This document shows, in pieces, positions 29,631-39,752 of a stretch of 64,000 nucleotides of DNA; within the stretch, counting starts at the first letter, position 1, and each line of letters starts with the position of its first letter. The notes below the pieces were generated by a model, which saw nothing but the letters and a program-made list of their open reading frames with translations, had not been told where the DNA came from and searched no databases. Location: assembly GCA_965249925.1 (NCBI GenBank), contig OZ252260.1, positions 1,852,449 to 1,916,448 of the forward strand, given 5' to 3'. The stretch comes from Hoeflea sp. (GTDB taxonomy: Bacteria; Pseudomonadota; Alphaproteobacteria; Rhizobiales; Rhizobiaceae). The position numbers and the translations under genes were made by a program.

Positions 29631-29743
29631 ATATGAATTGATGTATCGAATCGAAGCGGGTACACCGATAAGTCTATAGTGGATGGGCGCCGGTTTGAGC
29701 GGGAGAATTTCGGAAGTGAGCCGGACGGCAAGGAGCTGTGGGA

Positions 29744-30847
29744 ATGAGCAAAGCCGACGGGATTGATGGTTCCGACGTGCTTCCAGCGCTGACGTTCGAT
29801 ACGGATGACTACGAGCCGTCAGAGCGCTTCGACGCGATGAACGACGTAACTAAAGGTCTCCAATCATACCGTATCATTGAGAACGACGGATGCGGTGAGA
29901 CCGGCATCGGTGAACGGGTCCCGATGCTCAAAGCCAAGGCCTGGTCGGTTGGCGCCACGGCCGCGATCGCCTTCCAAAACTCGCCGGTGATCATCGAGAC
30001 ATCGCAAAAAGGAGATTCTATCTTTACCGAGTCCCTGATCGTCCTGGTCCCCAGGAGAGGGCGGCACATGGTCTCAAGCGATGCTGGCGAGGCCTTGCTG
30101 CGCCCCGGTATGGTCTACTTGATCAATAACCGACGGACTGTGTACGAAACCGATTCCTGTTCCGGGATCTCTTTACGCGTTCCGTACGATCTCCTGGGCT
30201 ATGACCCGCTTCGACAATCCGGGGTTCTTTCGTACAGCTCGGATCGTTGGGTTGGAAACGTCGTCGAGACGGCGATGCATTCGCTTTTCGAAGCATTGCC
30301 AACCATGACCCAGGCGGAAGCGCGAACCGCGGAACCATGCATGACAGCGCTCATCAAGAGCCTCCTGTGTGCCGGCAGGCCGGACGACGAGGCGCAGGCG
30401 GCAATTGGGCGCTCGGTCGCGCATGCGATGAAGCGGTATGTCCTTGAACACTTGGGCGACCAGGATCTTGATGCGCATCGGCTTCAATGCGTCTTCAACA
30501 GTTCGCGCGCCAGTGTCTATCGTGCCTTCAAGGATGTCGGCGGCGTCGCGGCATTCATCCGCCAGGAGCGCCTTGCAGCGTGTCACCGCGAGTTGTCGGG
30601 GGCTGCGCGTCGGCACGGTACAATCCGCCATATTGCCGGGAAATACGGCTACTGGGATCAGGGTGTGTTCTCGCGGGCGTTTCTGAACCAATATGGTGTT
30701 CGTCCGAGCGAAATGCTGGGAACGGGTCATCCGTCCCGCGATCCGGCGGCGTCAGCCTCGGAGACCCCGCCGGGATCCGGCATGAAGAGCCTTGCCTCCT
30801 TCTGGTCGGCCAATTGTACGAGCCAGCTTCAGCCCGTTGCCACCTGA
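29744..30847 (+). CDS. AraC-family transcriptional regulator
   Basis: C-terminal SRASVYRAF...FIRQERL...IRHIAGKYGYWDQGVFSRAFLNQYGVRPSE; AGGAG RBS. Confidence 0.9.
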   Translation: MSKADGIDGSDVLPALTFDTDDYEPSERFDAMNDVTKGLQSYRIIENDGCGETGIGERVPMLKAKAWSVGATAAIAFQNSPVIIETSQKGDSIFTESLIVLVPRRGRHMVSSDAGEALLRPGMVYLINNRRTVYETDSCSGISLRVPYDLLGYDPLRQSGVLSYSSDRWVGNVVETAMHSLFEALPTMTQAEARTAEPCMTALIKSLLCAGRPDDEAQAAIGRSVAHAMKRYVLEHLGDQDLDAHRLQCVFNSSRASVYRAFKDVGGVAAFIRQERLAACHRELSGAARRHGTIRHIAGKYGYWDQGVFSRAFLNQYGVRPSEMLGTGHPSRDPAASASETPPGSGMKSLASFWSANCTSQLQPVAT

Positions 30848-31024
30848 TCGTGAGCGCACCGTTCCGAAGTCACAACCTGGCTCAGCCATTCCTCGCGGAC
30901 GAATAGGGGCTGAGGCTACTCGACGGCGTTAAAGCGTGACACGTACAACCTCGCCTGTCATAGTTCGGCTATTCGATTCATATCATCAAATCATCTTTGG
31001 GCGCCTCGAACCATTGGAGTAAAA

Positions 31025-31822
31025 ATGGTTGACGTTTCAGGTTATCCGATCGTCGAGAACTGGTTCACCGTCACAAAAGTCGATACCTCTACGGATATGT
31101 TGCTGGAACCGCACGTCCATGTTCTGGAGCAGGCGAACATGTTTTTCGTGCGCGGGTCTGAGCGCGATATGATTGTTGATACGGGGATGGGCATCGTCCC
31201 GATCGCACCTTACGTCGATCCCCTTTCAGCCAAACCGCATTCGGAAATCATCTGCGTGTCGACCCACACGCATATCGATCATATCGGCGGCGTGCATGAG
31301 TTCGACATCCGCCTGGTGCATCCGATAGAAGCGGACGAAATGGCCTCGCCCTCCATCATGAACACCATCATTCGCGATGAAATTGACCCGGTTTTGCTGG
31401 AGCTTTTCGCCGCTTCCGGCTATCCGCCACTTGATGAGGTGTTGATCACCGCTTTGCCCTATGACGGGTATGATCCCTCCTCTTACACGCTCAAGGGAGC
31501 GCCGGCGACAGGGCTTCTGGAAGAAGGCGACACCGTCGACTTAGGCGACCGGCAGTTCACGGTTTTGCATGTGCCAGGGCATTCACCGGGCAGCATCGCG
31601 CTCTTCGAAGACAAGACCGGCATCTTGTTCGCGGGCGACGCGATCTACGATGGGCCGCTCATCTATGACGGGCCTGGAATGAGCGTTGAAGACTATGTGG
31701 TGACCATGAAGAAGCTGCAGGCGCTCGATGTATCGATCGTTCACGGTGGCCACGATCCAAGCTTCGACAAGAAGCGCTTGGATGAAATCGTCGAGAAATA
31801 CTTCAAGATTTGGGGCGTTTGA
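31025..31822 (+). CDS. Metallo-beta-lactamase-fold hydrolase (MBLAC2-like)
   Basis: THTHIDHIGG (HxHxDH), HVPGHSPGS, FAGD, HGGH. Confidence 0.9.
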   Translation: MVDVSGYPIVENWFTVTKVDTSTDMLLEPHVHVLEQANMFFVRGSERDMIVDTGMGIVPIAPYVDPLSAKPHSEIICVSTHTHIDHIGGVHEFDIRLVHPIEADEMASPSIMNTIIRDEIDPVLLELFAASGYPPLDEVLITALPYDGYDPSSYTLKGAPATGLLEEGDTVDLGDRQFTVLHVPGHSPGSIALFEDKTGILFAGDAIYDGPLIYDGPGMSVEDYVVTMKKLQALDVSIVHGGHDPSFDKKRLDEIVEKYFKIWGV

Positions 31823-31832
31823 GCAGTCTTCT

Positions 31833-32648
31833 TCACGCCCAGGAATCGATATCCGTCGTGGTCCAGTCACGCCGGACCGCTTGGCCATCGAAGCTCAGAT
31901 GATGGGTGACGAGCGTACCATCGGTTGCTTGGAGATCGTCGCTGAGCATGGCGCCGACGCGGTTGGGATGGCTCGATAGCTCAATCACCGCGGCTCCGCC
32001 CTCCAGCCGGCCGAAACTGTATTCCGGCTGGAACAGGACGGTGAGCTGGTCCTGGTCGCCCTCGGCAAGCGCTTGGGAAAGTGCCCGGTTCCAAGGGGTC
32101 TTCAGCGCCTTGCGAGCCGGTTGATCGCAGGCGAAAAGAAAGTGCGTCGGCGACGTGATCAAACAGCCCAGAAAAGTGTCGCCGCAGATGAAAACGCGGC
32201 CTTCGGCGGCGCGCCCATTGGTCTGCTCATCCAGCCAGAGCTCAACGAAATCTGCTTCAATACCATATTCGAACAGACCGCCTGGCGCTCGCTCCAGACG
32301 ACCGATGTCGCGAGCCTCTTCTGGCCCTTGTAGATTGATGACCCGTTGCCAGGTGCACACGCCACCAACGACCGTGGCCCGGCCGGCGAAGCCTTCAGAG
32401 GCTGCAAGCGCCAGCAAGTCATCGCGAGCCAGGTCTGAAAGAGACGCTGCAGACAAACCAGCTGCGAAACGCGCCGGAATACGCAAATCCGCATAAAGAC
32501 CATCCGCCTGGAACCAATAGACGTGGGTGTCGTGGTCCTCAAAGCTCGGGTCCTTTGCGGGCGCTTTGATATAGGCGCGCCGCCAAAGACCGCGGATATC
32601 GGCGTTCGAAACAGGCACGTCCGCCGTGCCGGAAACAACCGCCATCAA
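31833..32648 (-). CDS. Conserved-looking hypothetical protein (HRI1-like pattern)
   Basis: 271-aa ORF overlapping the cysteine hydrolase stop (ATGA); YADLRIP, GFAG, WQRVIN, DIG, EYG..FVELW. Confidence 0.7.
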   Translation of the reverse strand: MMAVVSGTADVPVSNADIRGLWRRAYIKAPAKDPSFEDHDTHVYWFQADGLYADLRIPARFAAGLSAASLSDLARDDLLALAASEGFAGRATVVGGVCTWQRVINLQGPEEARDIGRLERAPGGLFEYGIEADFVELWLDEQTNGRAAEGRVFICGDTFLGCLITSPTHFLFACDQPARKALKTPWNRALSQALAEGDQDQLTVLFQPEYSFGRLEGGAAVIELSSHPNRVGAMLSDDLQATDGTLVTHHLSFDGQAVRRDWTTTDIDSWA

Positions 32649-33286
32649 GCCGCCGCGGCTTTGTGGGAGCCGAACGCTGTAATGATCTCGTCTGAATGAC
32701 GCACGGCGCCCGTCTGCAGATACTCCATTGCGTCGAGAGCTGCAGCATGCGCGTCGGGGTCAGACCCGCCGACGCAATCCTTTACCACGCGGCAATAAAA
32801 GTCCTTCTGATGGCCTTCGGCGAAGGTGTAGTGGACGCAAACATTGGTCAGCCCGCCGACCATCACCAGCGTGTCGGCTTTCAGGCCACGCAGCAAAATG
32901 TCCAGATCAGTGCCGATGAAGCAGGAATACCGCCGCTTCCTGATGACATAGTCATCCGGTCTCAGGCCAACGATTTCATCGGCGATCTCCGTGCCTTCGC
33001 GCCCTTCAACGCAATGCACATCCTCAGTGCCATCCAATTCCCGGCCAAAGTCGACCATGTTGGGGCGATGGGCCTCCTGAAAGAAGATCACCGGGACATC
33101 GTTCGCGCGCGCGGCGTCGATCACCGAACGGGCCTGGCGCATCGCGTTCGTATAGGCGGACATTTTCGGAATGCCGCCATCATAGTTTTCCAGAAACGCG
33201 CTCTTTTGAATGTCGATCACCAACAAAACCGGGTTGCCGACAAGGAGGGGCTGCTGAGCCATGTTTTTGTCCTTCTTGAGAATCAT
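32645..33286 (-). CDS. Isochorismatase-family cysteine hydrolase
   Basis: Triad-bearing LVIDIQ, IRKRRYSCF, TNVCVHYT; alternative start at ATG 33262. Confidence 0.92.
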   Translation of the reverse strand: MILKKDKNMAQQPLLVGNPVLLVIDIQKSAFLENYDGGIPKMSAYTNAMRQARSVIDAARANDVPVIFFQEAHRPNMVDFGRELDGTEDVHCVEGREGTEIADEIVGLRPDDYVIRKRRYSCFIGTDLDILLRGLKADTLVMVGGLTNVCVHYTFAEGHQKDFYCRVVKDCVGGSDPDAHAAALDAMEYLQTGAVRHSDEIITAFGSHKAAAA

Positions 33287-34089
33287 GAATCTTTGCGAGC
33301 GGGGTCAGCTCCAAGCAGGCGGGGCAAGTCGCCATAGCGCGCCACCGCGCCGAAAACAGCCAGAGAAATCAATAGGAAGGTGATCGCACCGACGGCCATG
33401 GTCGGCGTGAAACCGTTGCGCAACGAGTTGAAGATCTGCAGCGTCACTGTGCTGTAGGCGGAGGCGGACACGAAGAAAATGACGATGAACTCGTGGAAGC
33501 TCAGCACCACCACGAAGAAGAAGCCGGACAATGTGTAAGACAGAGTCTGCGGCAGGATGATCGTGCGCAGGATTGTCGGCTCGTCCGCGCCCATGGTTTG
33601 TGCCGCGTCCAGATGGAACTTGTCGATCGATTGAAGTCCGATCGAAATTGTGACGAGCGGAAGGGCTGCGAGCAAGGCCGTGTGGCTCAGGATGCCGGTG
33701 AAGATGTTGCCAAGCCCGCCAACAAAGGTCCACAAAAAACTGAGGCCAACCCCAAAGACGATCGGCGGCAGGGCGAATGGCAGCCCGGCAAGCCCGGCAA
33801 GGGCGCGCGAAAACGGGGTGTTGCGTTTCCACTGATCGTACGCAATCGGCCAGGTGATCAGCACTGCCAAGGTGGCGCTGGCGAGCGCGACGATTACCGA
33901 GTTTTCCAGTGAGCGAAGCCAGACCGGCTCCGACACGAAAAACTCCCAGAAACGCGCAAGTGTCGGATCTTTCGGCGGGAACAGCATGGAGCGTCCGCCA
34001 TTGAGGGCCGACATGCACACAATGACGATCGGCAGGCTGATATAGGCGGCGCAAATCAGCATAAAGCCTTGTTTCAGAGCGGTTTTCAT
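33283..34089 (-). CDS. ABC transporter permease (PotC-like)
   Basis: SLENSVIVA, PFALPPIV, LDAAQTMGAD EAA loop, SFHEF. Confidence 0.9.
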   Translation of the reverse strand: MKTALKQGFMLICAAYISLPIVIVCMSALNGGRSMLFPPKDPTLARFWEFFVSEPVWLRSLENSVIVALASATLAVLITWPIAYDQWKRNTPFSRALAGLAGLPFALPPIVFGVGLSFLWTFVGGLGNIFTGILSHTALLAALPLVTISIGLQSIDKFHLDAAQTMGADEPTILRTIILPQTLSYTLSGFFFVVVLSFHEFIVIFFVSASAYSTVTLQIFNSLRNGFTPTMAVGAITFLLISLAVFGAVARYGDLPRLLGADPARKDS

Positions 34090-35108
34090 CAGCTCCGTTT
34101 CTCCGCAAGACGGCTGAGCCACAGGCTTGCCAGAATGAACACACCGGCTGTGGTCAACAGCACCACGGCTTGCGCCGCGCCAAAGGGCGCGTTGAGTGTC
34201 GCGCCGCGGATCGCTTCATAAATCGAGACCGGCAGTGTTTGGTGGGCGGGCTCCGCGAAATAGGTGACGGTCACATAAGCGCCGAGCAGATAGACAAACA
34301 GCAGCAACAGAGTGCCCATGACCGGGATGCGGACCACCGGCAAAATGACCGTTCGCATCACCGTGAAGGAACCAGCCCCCATGGTGCGCGCGGCTTCAAT
34401 CATCGAGCGATCGATGCGCGACAGCGGTGCGTACAGCAAAATCACCGCATAAGGCCAAACCAGGTAGGCCATCGTAAGGACGGTCGCCAGCTGGGAGGTT
34501 TTGAATTTCACGTTGCGCGGGTTCGCCAGGCCCCAGTCTTTAAGGACTTCAAGCCAACCGGTTTCCTTTAGCCACGCCGTCGCGCCCGTTGCCTTGAAAA
34601 CCGCCGGCAAGCCTGAGCGGTTGGACAGCATGATGTCCCAGCCCATGACGATGAAGACTTCCGACATGGAGAGGCTGGCCAATATGAAGACCAGCCAGGC
34701 AGCCTGCACCCGGCGCGAACATTGGCTCAGGAAATAGGTAAAGGGAAAGGCAAACGCGATGGCGATCAGCGAGCCAAAAACGGCATAGGCCAGCGTGTAG
34801 CCGAGCTTGTAGGTGTAAAGCAGTGTGATCTCATCCGGCCAGCCGATGCCCACGAAGACGCGCGCATAGTTGCTCGGATCGAAGGCCCAGACCCAGCTCG
34901 CACCCTCGATTTTCTCACCGAAACTGACAGCGACCACCAGCAGGATCGGCGTCAGGAACACGAACAGCAAAACGGCAGTGACCGTGGATGTGACAATCGA
35001 TCTTGCGCCGAAGCGAGCAAACCGATGAATCGGCTTGTTTATGGATTTTTCGAGGCGAGCGGGTTCCCGCATTTGCGTTGGGGACGAAGGGGCCGCCAGG
35101 TCACTCAT
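34089..35108 (-). CDS. ABC transporter permease (PotB-like)
   Basis: SNYARVF, LYAPLSRIDRSMIEAARTMGA EAA loop. Confidence 0.9.
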   Translation of the reverse strand: MSDLAAPSSPTQMREPARLEKSINKPIHRFARFGARSIVTSTVTAVLLFVFLTPILLVVAVSFGEKIEGASWVWAFDPSNYARVFVGIGWPDEITLLYTYKLGYTLAYAVFGSLIAIAFAFPFTYFLSQCSRRVQAAWLVFILASLSMSEVFIVMGWDIMLSNRSGLPAVFKATGATAWLKETGWLEVLKDWGLANPRNVKFKTSQLATVLTMAYLVWPYAVILLYAPLSRIDRSMIEAARTMGAGSFTVMRTVILPVVRIPVMGTLLLLFVYLLGAYVTVTYFAEPAHQTLPVSIYEAIRGATLNAPFGAAQAVVLLTTAGVFILASLWLSRLAEKRS

Positions 35109-36238
35109 GCAGCGATCGTCTCGCGCTGACTGGCCCGCGCTACTGACAGTCCGCTGGTGGCGGCAGTCATCGATCCTCCGGTCGCCGTTTGCTTGGGGAA
35201 ACACAGCAAAGAGCTCGATTTCAGACGGACACCCGCGGTTTCGCCTTGGCGGACGGATACGCCGGTCGACGATGGCATTTCGCAGATCACCTGACCGGCG
35301 CGTGTCTCGACAAAGACCTCGCGCGTCGGTCCAACATCACGTACGAATGTGACGGAGCCGGTTAGTGTGTTCGGTGCCTCAGTATCCGATTCGCACAAGT
35401 CGACGTTTTCCGGCCGGCAAACCAGTTGCACTAACGCGCCATCCACGAACGGCGCAGGTTCTTTCAACTCAAACGCACTGTCGCCGATGATCACACGGCC
35501 GCCGCGCACGACGCCATCCATAAAGTTCGCCTTGCCGATGAAGGACGCTACAAACGGCGTTTCAGGACGCTGATAAATGTCCGTCGGCGAACCGACTTGC
35601 TCTGCAAGCCCATTGCTCATGACCACGATCTCGTCAGCCATGGTCATCGCCTCGCGCTGATCGTGGGTGACGACGATCGTTGTGATGTTCAATTGTTGCT
35701 GCAACAGGCGGAGCTCGACCTGCATGGTTTCGCGCAATTGAGCATCGAGCGCAGACATGGGTTCGTCCAGTAGAAATACCTCGGGCTCTTGTGCGAGCGC
35801 CCGCGCGATCGCAACGCGCTGGCGCTGGCCGCCCGACAGCTGGCCGATCCGGCGGTCTTGAAAGTCTGCCATCTGGACAAGGTCCAACAGCTCCAATGCG
35901 CGCGCGGAGCGGGTCCGCTTGTCGACGCCCGAGATCGCCATGCTGTAAGCGACATTCTCACCGACGGAGAGATGCGGAAACAAGGCAAAGGATTGAAACA
36001 CCATGCCAGATTTCCGCTTGTTGGCGGGCAGCGAGGTGATATCGGTGCCGTTGAGTGAGAGGCTACCTCGGGTCGGCGCCTCTAGCCCTGCAATGATTCG
36101 CAGCAACGTGGTCTTGCCGCAGCCTGACGGCCCCAGCAACGCGGTAAGCTTGCCCGTTTGGAATACCAAATCGATGTTTTGCAGCGCGGTCACCGCGCCA
36201 TAGGTCTTCCTGATATCCTTCAAGACCAGTCCGGCCAT
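35105..36238 (-). CDS. ABC transporter ATP-binding protein (PotA-like, TOBE domain)
   Basis: GPSGCGKT, VFQSFALFPH, LSGGQRQR, LLDEPMSALD. Confidence 0.94.
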   Translation of the reverse strand: MAGLVLKDIRKTYGAVTALQNIDLVFQTGKLTALLGPSGCGKTTLLRIIAGLEAPTRGSLSLNGTDITSLPANKRKSGMVFQSFALFPHLSVGENVAYSMAISGVDKRTRSARALELLDLVQMADFQDRRIGQLSGGQRQRVAIARALAQEPEVFLLDEPMSALDAQLRETMQVELRLLQQQLNITTIVVTHDQREAMTMADEIVVMSNGLAEQVGSPTDIYQRPETPFVASFIGKANFMDGVVRGGRVIIGDSAFELKEPAPFVDGALVQLVCRPENVDLCESDTEAPNTLTGSVTFVRDVGPTREVFVETRAGQVICEMPSSTGVSVRQGETAGVRLKSSSLLCFPKQTATGGSMTAATSGLSVARASQRETIAA

Positions 36239-36404
36239 GACCTGCCTCCTTCGGTACCCAACAGTGGGAGGTTTCCAGCGGTCATTATGGGCTGCCGCCG
36301 GAAACAAAACACACTTGAGTACGGGTTGCCCGAGCGGTGCGGGCTCATCGGCAAAGGATCCGAGAAGGGATCTGCTTCTGAACGGCCCAACCCGAACGAC
36401 GCGG

Positions 36405-37517
36405 CTAGGCGCTAGCCAGCATCACGTCCCACTTCTCCTTAATGAAGGTCTCGTTATCGAGATAAGACTCATAAGCCGGCGTGATGATCGGTGACCCGGA
36501 GACAAACGCGAACTCGTCATCCGTCAAATCAGTCAATTCCTTGGCGACCAGCGGCGCAGTGCCGATATTGCGTGACATCAGCGCCTGAGTCGCCGGATCG
36601 CAGGAGAACGCCATGAACGCGTTGGCTTCGTCGGTCTTCGCTGACAGCGGGCTCAAGCACCAGGAGCCGTAGCCGATCGGATTGCCCTCAACCGGGAAGA
36701 TCGGTTTGATCGGGAAGCCGTCCGAAGCCATGATGTTAGCGACGTCCAGATAGTAGGAGCCGGCGATAACGTCTTCGTTCTTCATCGCCTGTTCCATCTG
36801 GCTTTCAGCCGCCCACCAAAGCGCCACATGCGGCTTCAGTTCGGCGACTTTATCCAGCACCGCAGCGATCCCGTCTTCCGTCATCAGCGTTTCAGCACCG
36901 TCGAAGTAGGTCGCAGCGGTGATGTCGAGCAAGCGGCCATCGACCTTTTTGGAGATGCCAAGCGAGCCTTCGAAGTCTGAGTTTTCCCAGAACTCTTTCC
37001 AGCTGGTCGGGGCGGGGGTCACTAGGTTCGGGTTGATCACCATGGCGTTGAACCAGGCCATGGAGCCGACGCCAACGAGGCCTTCTGGGCCCTCGTAAAG
37101 GAATTCCGCTTCCAGGTTGGTCGCACCAGGGATTTTCGACACATCAAGCGGTTTCAGCATTTCGCCGATGCGAGTCGCCTTGATCATGGTGTCCTTGCCA
37201 TAGAGCGACAAGTCAGCCGGCACGGTTCCGGAGGCTGCTGCTTGCTGCATCGTCACCAGCCAGTCGCTGGAGTTGGGCTGGGTGACGGATTCGACCGTGA
37301 TGCCGGTCGCTTCGGTGAAGGCCGGGTAGACGAACTTCTTGAAGCTGTCCTCGAAATAGCCGCCATAGGAGCCGATTTTGATCGACCGTGCCTGAGCGAT
37401 TGCGGGCATGGCCAGCAACGAGCTGCTCGCTGCCAGTGCGGCGGTGCCCGCCGCCCCTTTCAGGATCGACCGGCGGGATAGGTTGGCTGCTTGCGATTTT
37501 TTGAATTTCTGTGTCAT
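36405..37517 (-). CDS. Tat-exported PotD/PotF-like substrate-binding protein
   Basis: Twin-arginine SRRSILKG signal; SYGGYF, PTSWKEFW, PVEG...YGSW. Confidence 0.88.
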   Translation of the reverse strand: MTQKFKKSQAANLSRRSILKGAAGTAALAASSSLLAMPAIAQARSIKIGSYGGYFEDSFKKFVYPAFTEATGITVESVTQPNSSDWLVTMQQAAASGTVPADLSLYGKDTMIKATRIGEMLKPLDVSKIPGATNLEAEFLYEGPEGLVGVGSMAWFNAMVINPNLVTPAPTSWKEFWENSDFEGSLGISKKVDGRLLDITAATYFDGAETLMTEDGIAAVLDKVAELKPHVALWWAAESQMEQAMKNEDVIAGSYYLDVANIMASDGFPIKPIFPVEGNPIGYGSWCLSPLSAKTDEANAFMAFSCDPATQALMSRNIGTAPLVAKELTDLTDDEFAFVSGSPIITPAYESYLDNETFIKEKWDVMLASA

Positions 37518-37839
37518 TCAGCACGTTCCCCTGAATTATGGTCAGCCTGTTTGCCGACTTTGGTGGAGCCTCATTGAGATTGAGGTTTTCCCCACTTGGC
37601 GAAGCACGTCACATGCCAAGTCGTAATGTTTATTACTTTCAATGTTTTATCTGAAATTCAGTGCTGACTCCCTCAGTGTCGTTGGGGAAATGATAATCGA
37701 TTTGCCCATTTTTTGTTCAGACCTAATGATTGTGCAATTGGGCGTAAATGATATCTTGAAGATCGCGCTTGCGCCCTGATCCTCGCTCAAGACGTGCCCA
37801 TTCGACCTCAGTTGCCGCGCCAAACCACGGAACCTTGTC

Positions 37840-38958
37840 ATGCGTGATCTCATGGACCCAAAGACACTCGCCTCCGAGGCACCGGCCGATGGAACTGATG
37901 ATCAGATCGCTTTGAGTTCAGAACATGTGACGCTGCCGGTCATTGACTTGTCTGGGCTCCACACCGGCGACCGATCGGATATGGCAGCGGTCGCCGGGGC
38001 GTTAGGCAATGCGGCGAAGACGTCCGGCTTCTTTTACATCAAGAACCATGGTGTTGATCAGGCGCTGATTGATGATGCGTTAGCCGCGTCCCGCGCGTTC
38101 CACACCCAGTCGCGGCGCTACAAGATGAAGTATTGGTGCGGCTTCAGCACCAATCACCGTGGGTATGTGCCGTTTGAGGAAAACGGCGGCGCGTTTCCCA
38201 AGACGATCAACTACAACGAAGCCTGGGACATGTCCTTCGAAGCGCCGGCCGATCACCCGGATTATCTGGCCGGCTGGCGGATGACGGGACCCAATGTGTG
38301 GCCGGACTTGCCAGGCTGGAAGGACACAATCTCGCGCTACTATGACGCTATCTTTGGGCTCGGTCTGAAACTACTGGGCGCGCTTGAATATGAGTTGGGC
38401 GTCGAAGCTGGAACGCTGAAGAAACACGTAAACTGCCCCACGTCCCAGTTGCGTCTGATGCGCTATCTGGAAAATGACGTGCCTGCGAGCAAAGATTTCG
38501 TCGGGATTGAGGCGCACTCCGACTTTGAGTGCTTCACTATCCTGCTTCAGGGCGGCCCCGGCCTTCAGGTGCTCAACACCGATGATTATTGGATGGAGGC
38601 ACCACCCGTCCCCGGCACCTTTATCGTCAATATCGGCGACATTTTCGAGACTTGGTCAGGTGGTCTTTACAAGTCCACCCAACACCGCGTGGTAAACACC
38701 GGCAAAGAGCGCTATTCAATGCCACTGTTCTTCGGCCTTGATTACGACACCGTCGTTGAGCCGCTGCCGAAGTTTAAGACGGCAGAAACCGCTGCAAAGT
38801 ATCCGCCAATCAAAGCCGGGGACCACCTGATGCGCATGACCGTCGGCGCCTTTCGGTATATTTCAGACGCCGTTGACAAAGGCGAGATTAAGCTGGATTT
38901 CGCCGTTCCCGACGCCAATCCCTTCAAGCGTCCGGCAAAGCAGATTTCCGAAAGGTGA
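37840..38958 (+). CDS. 2-oxoglutarate/Fe(II) dioxygenase (IPNS/DIOX family)
   Basis: GFFYIKNHGV, AHSD (HxD), TQHRVV (His), RYS (RxS); alternative start at ATG 37852. Confidence 0.93.
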   Translation: MRDLMDPKTLASEAPADGTDDQIALSSEHVTLPVIDLSGLHTGDRSDMAAVAGALGNAAKTSGFFYIKNHGVDQALIDDALAASRAFHTQSRRYKMKYWCGFSTNHRGYVPFEENGGAFPKTINYNEAWDMSFEAPADHPDYLAGWRMTGPNVWPDLPGWKDTISRYYDAIFGLGLKLLGALEYELGVEAGTLKKHVNCPTSQLRLMRYLENDVPASKDFVGIEAHSDFECFTILLQGGPGLQVLNTDDYWMEAPPVPGTFIVNIGDIFETWSGGLYKSTQHRVVNTGKERYSMPLFFGLDYDTVVEPLPKFKTAETAAKYPPIKAGDHLMRMTVGAFRYISDAVDKGEIKLDFAVPDANPFKRPAKQISER

Positions 38959-39326
38959 TGGGTTTTAACTTCTCATAACGCGCCGAACCTAATGTGGCGC
39001 TTCTGCGCCATCGGCCTGGCGGGTTGATGCCCCATCGGTGTCACACGAGTTGAAAGTCGTCCCATGCTGGAGGGCGCATAGTGTGGGCAACCCGCACTAA
39101 GACGTCTTATCTCCTTCCAGCCCCCGATGGTTCTGCTACTCAAACCAAGCACGCCCGCCGATCAACTGCCGTATTGAGCCCGACACACCGGCCAGACACG
39201 CCTTCTACAGCGCATCAAATCAGGAGAAAGCAGACTGTGTGCGAAATCACTGGTAAAGCGAAGTGTCCATCGACGCGCGAGATGGCTACGTAGAAGGGGT
39301 GAAACCGACACGTCACGGAGACTCGG

Positions 39327-39752
39327 ATGACAGACAAAGACGATGTGCTGAAGGCGTCTGAGGCCTTTTACGCGGCTCTCAATCAGATGCTTGCCGGTGA
39401 CGCTGGTGCGTTACCTGGTCTGTGGGTACAGAGCCCAGAGGCCACGACAATGCATCCAATCGGCAGCCGGGAGGTAGGTTGGGATGATATCAAGGCGTCT
39501 TTTGAACGCGTGGCACGCTCAAGTGCGGGCGGACACGTTGAAATGACTGAGCGTCTCGTCCGGGTACACGGGGACGTGGCTTATGAGGTTGGGGTGGAAT
39601 TGGCCCAGTTCTCGGTCGCCGGCACGCCGCTCCACGTAAACTCGCGCGTTACGAACATCTATTATCGTGTCGACGGTCAGTGGAAGATTGTGCACCATCA
39701 CGGTGACAAGTCGCCCGGAATCGCAGAAGCACTGGCAAAAGCAGATGGCTAG
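39327..39752 (+). CDS. SnoaL/NTF2-like (DUF4440) protein
   Basis: FYAALN, HPIG...GWDDI..SF, GDVAY, RVTNIY...GQWKIVHHH. Confidence 0.85.
   Translation: MTDKDDVLKASEAFYAALNQMLAGDAGALPGLWVQSPEATTMHPIGSREVGWDDIKASFERVARSSAGGHVEMTERLVRVHGDVAYEVGVELAQFSVAGTPLHVNSRVTNIYYRVDGQWKIVHHHGDKSPGIAEALAKADG

Noticed and set aside
29054-29731. 225-aa ORF as an intact gene
   Set aside because: The N- and C-terminal parts look non-coding; better explained as a truncated, frameshifted TPR remnant
38959-39326. Short ORF 39081-39293 and possible sRNA in the intergenic gap
   Set aside because: No RBS, motif, stable structure or terminator that I can support
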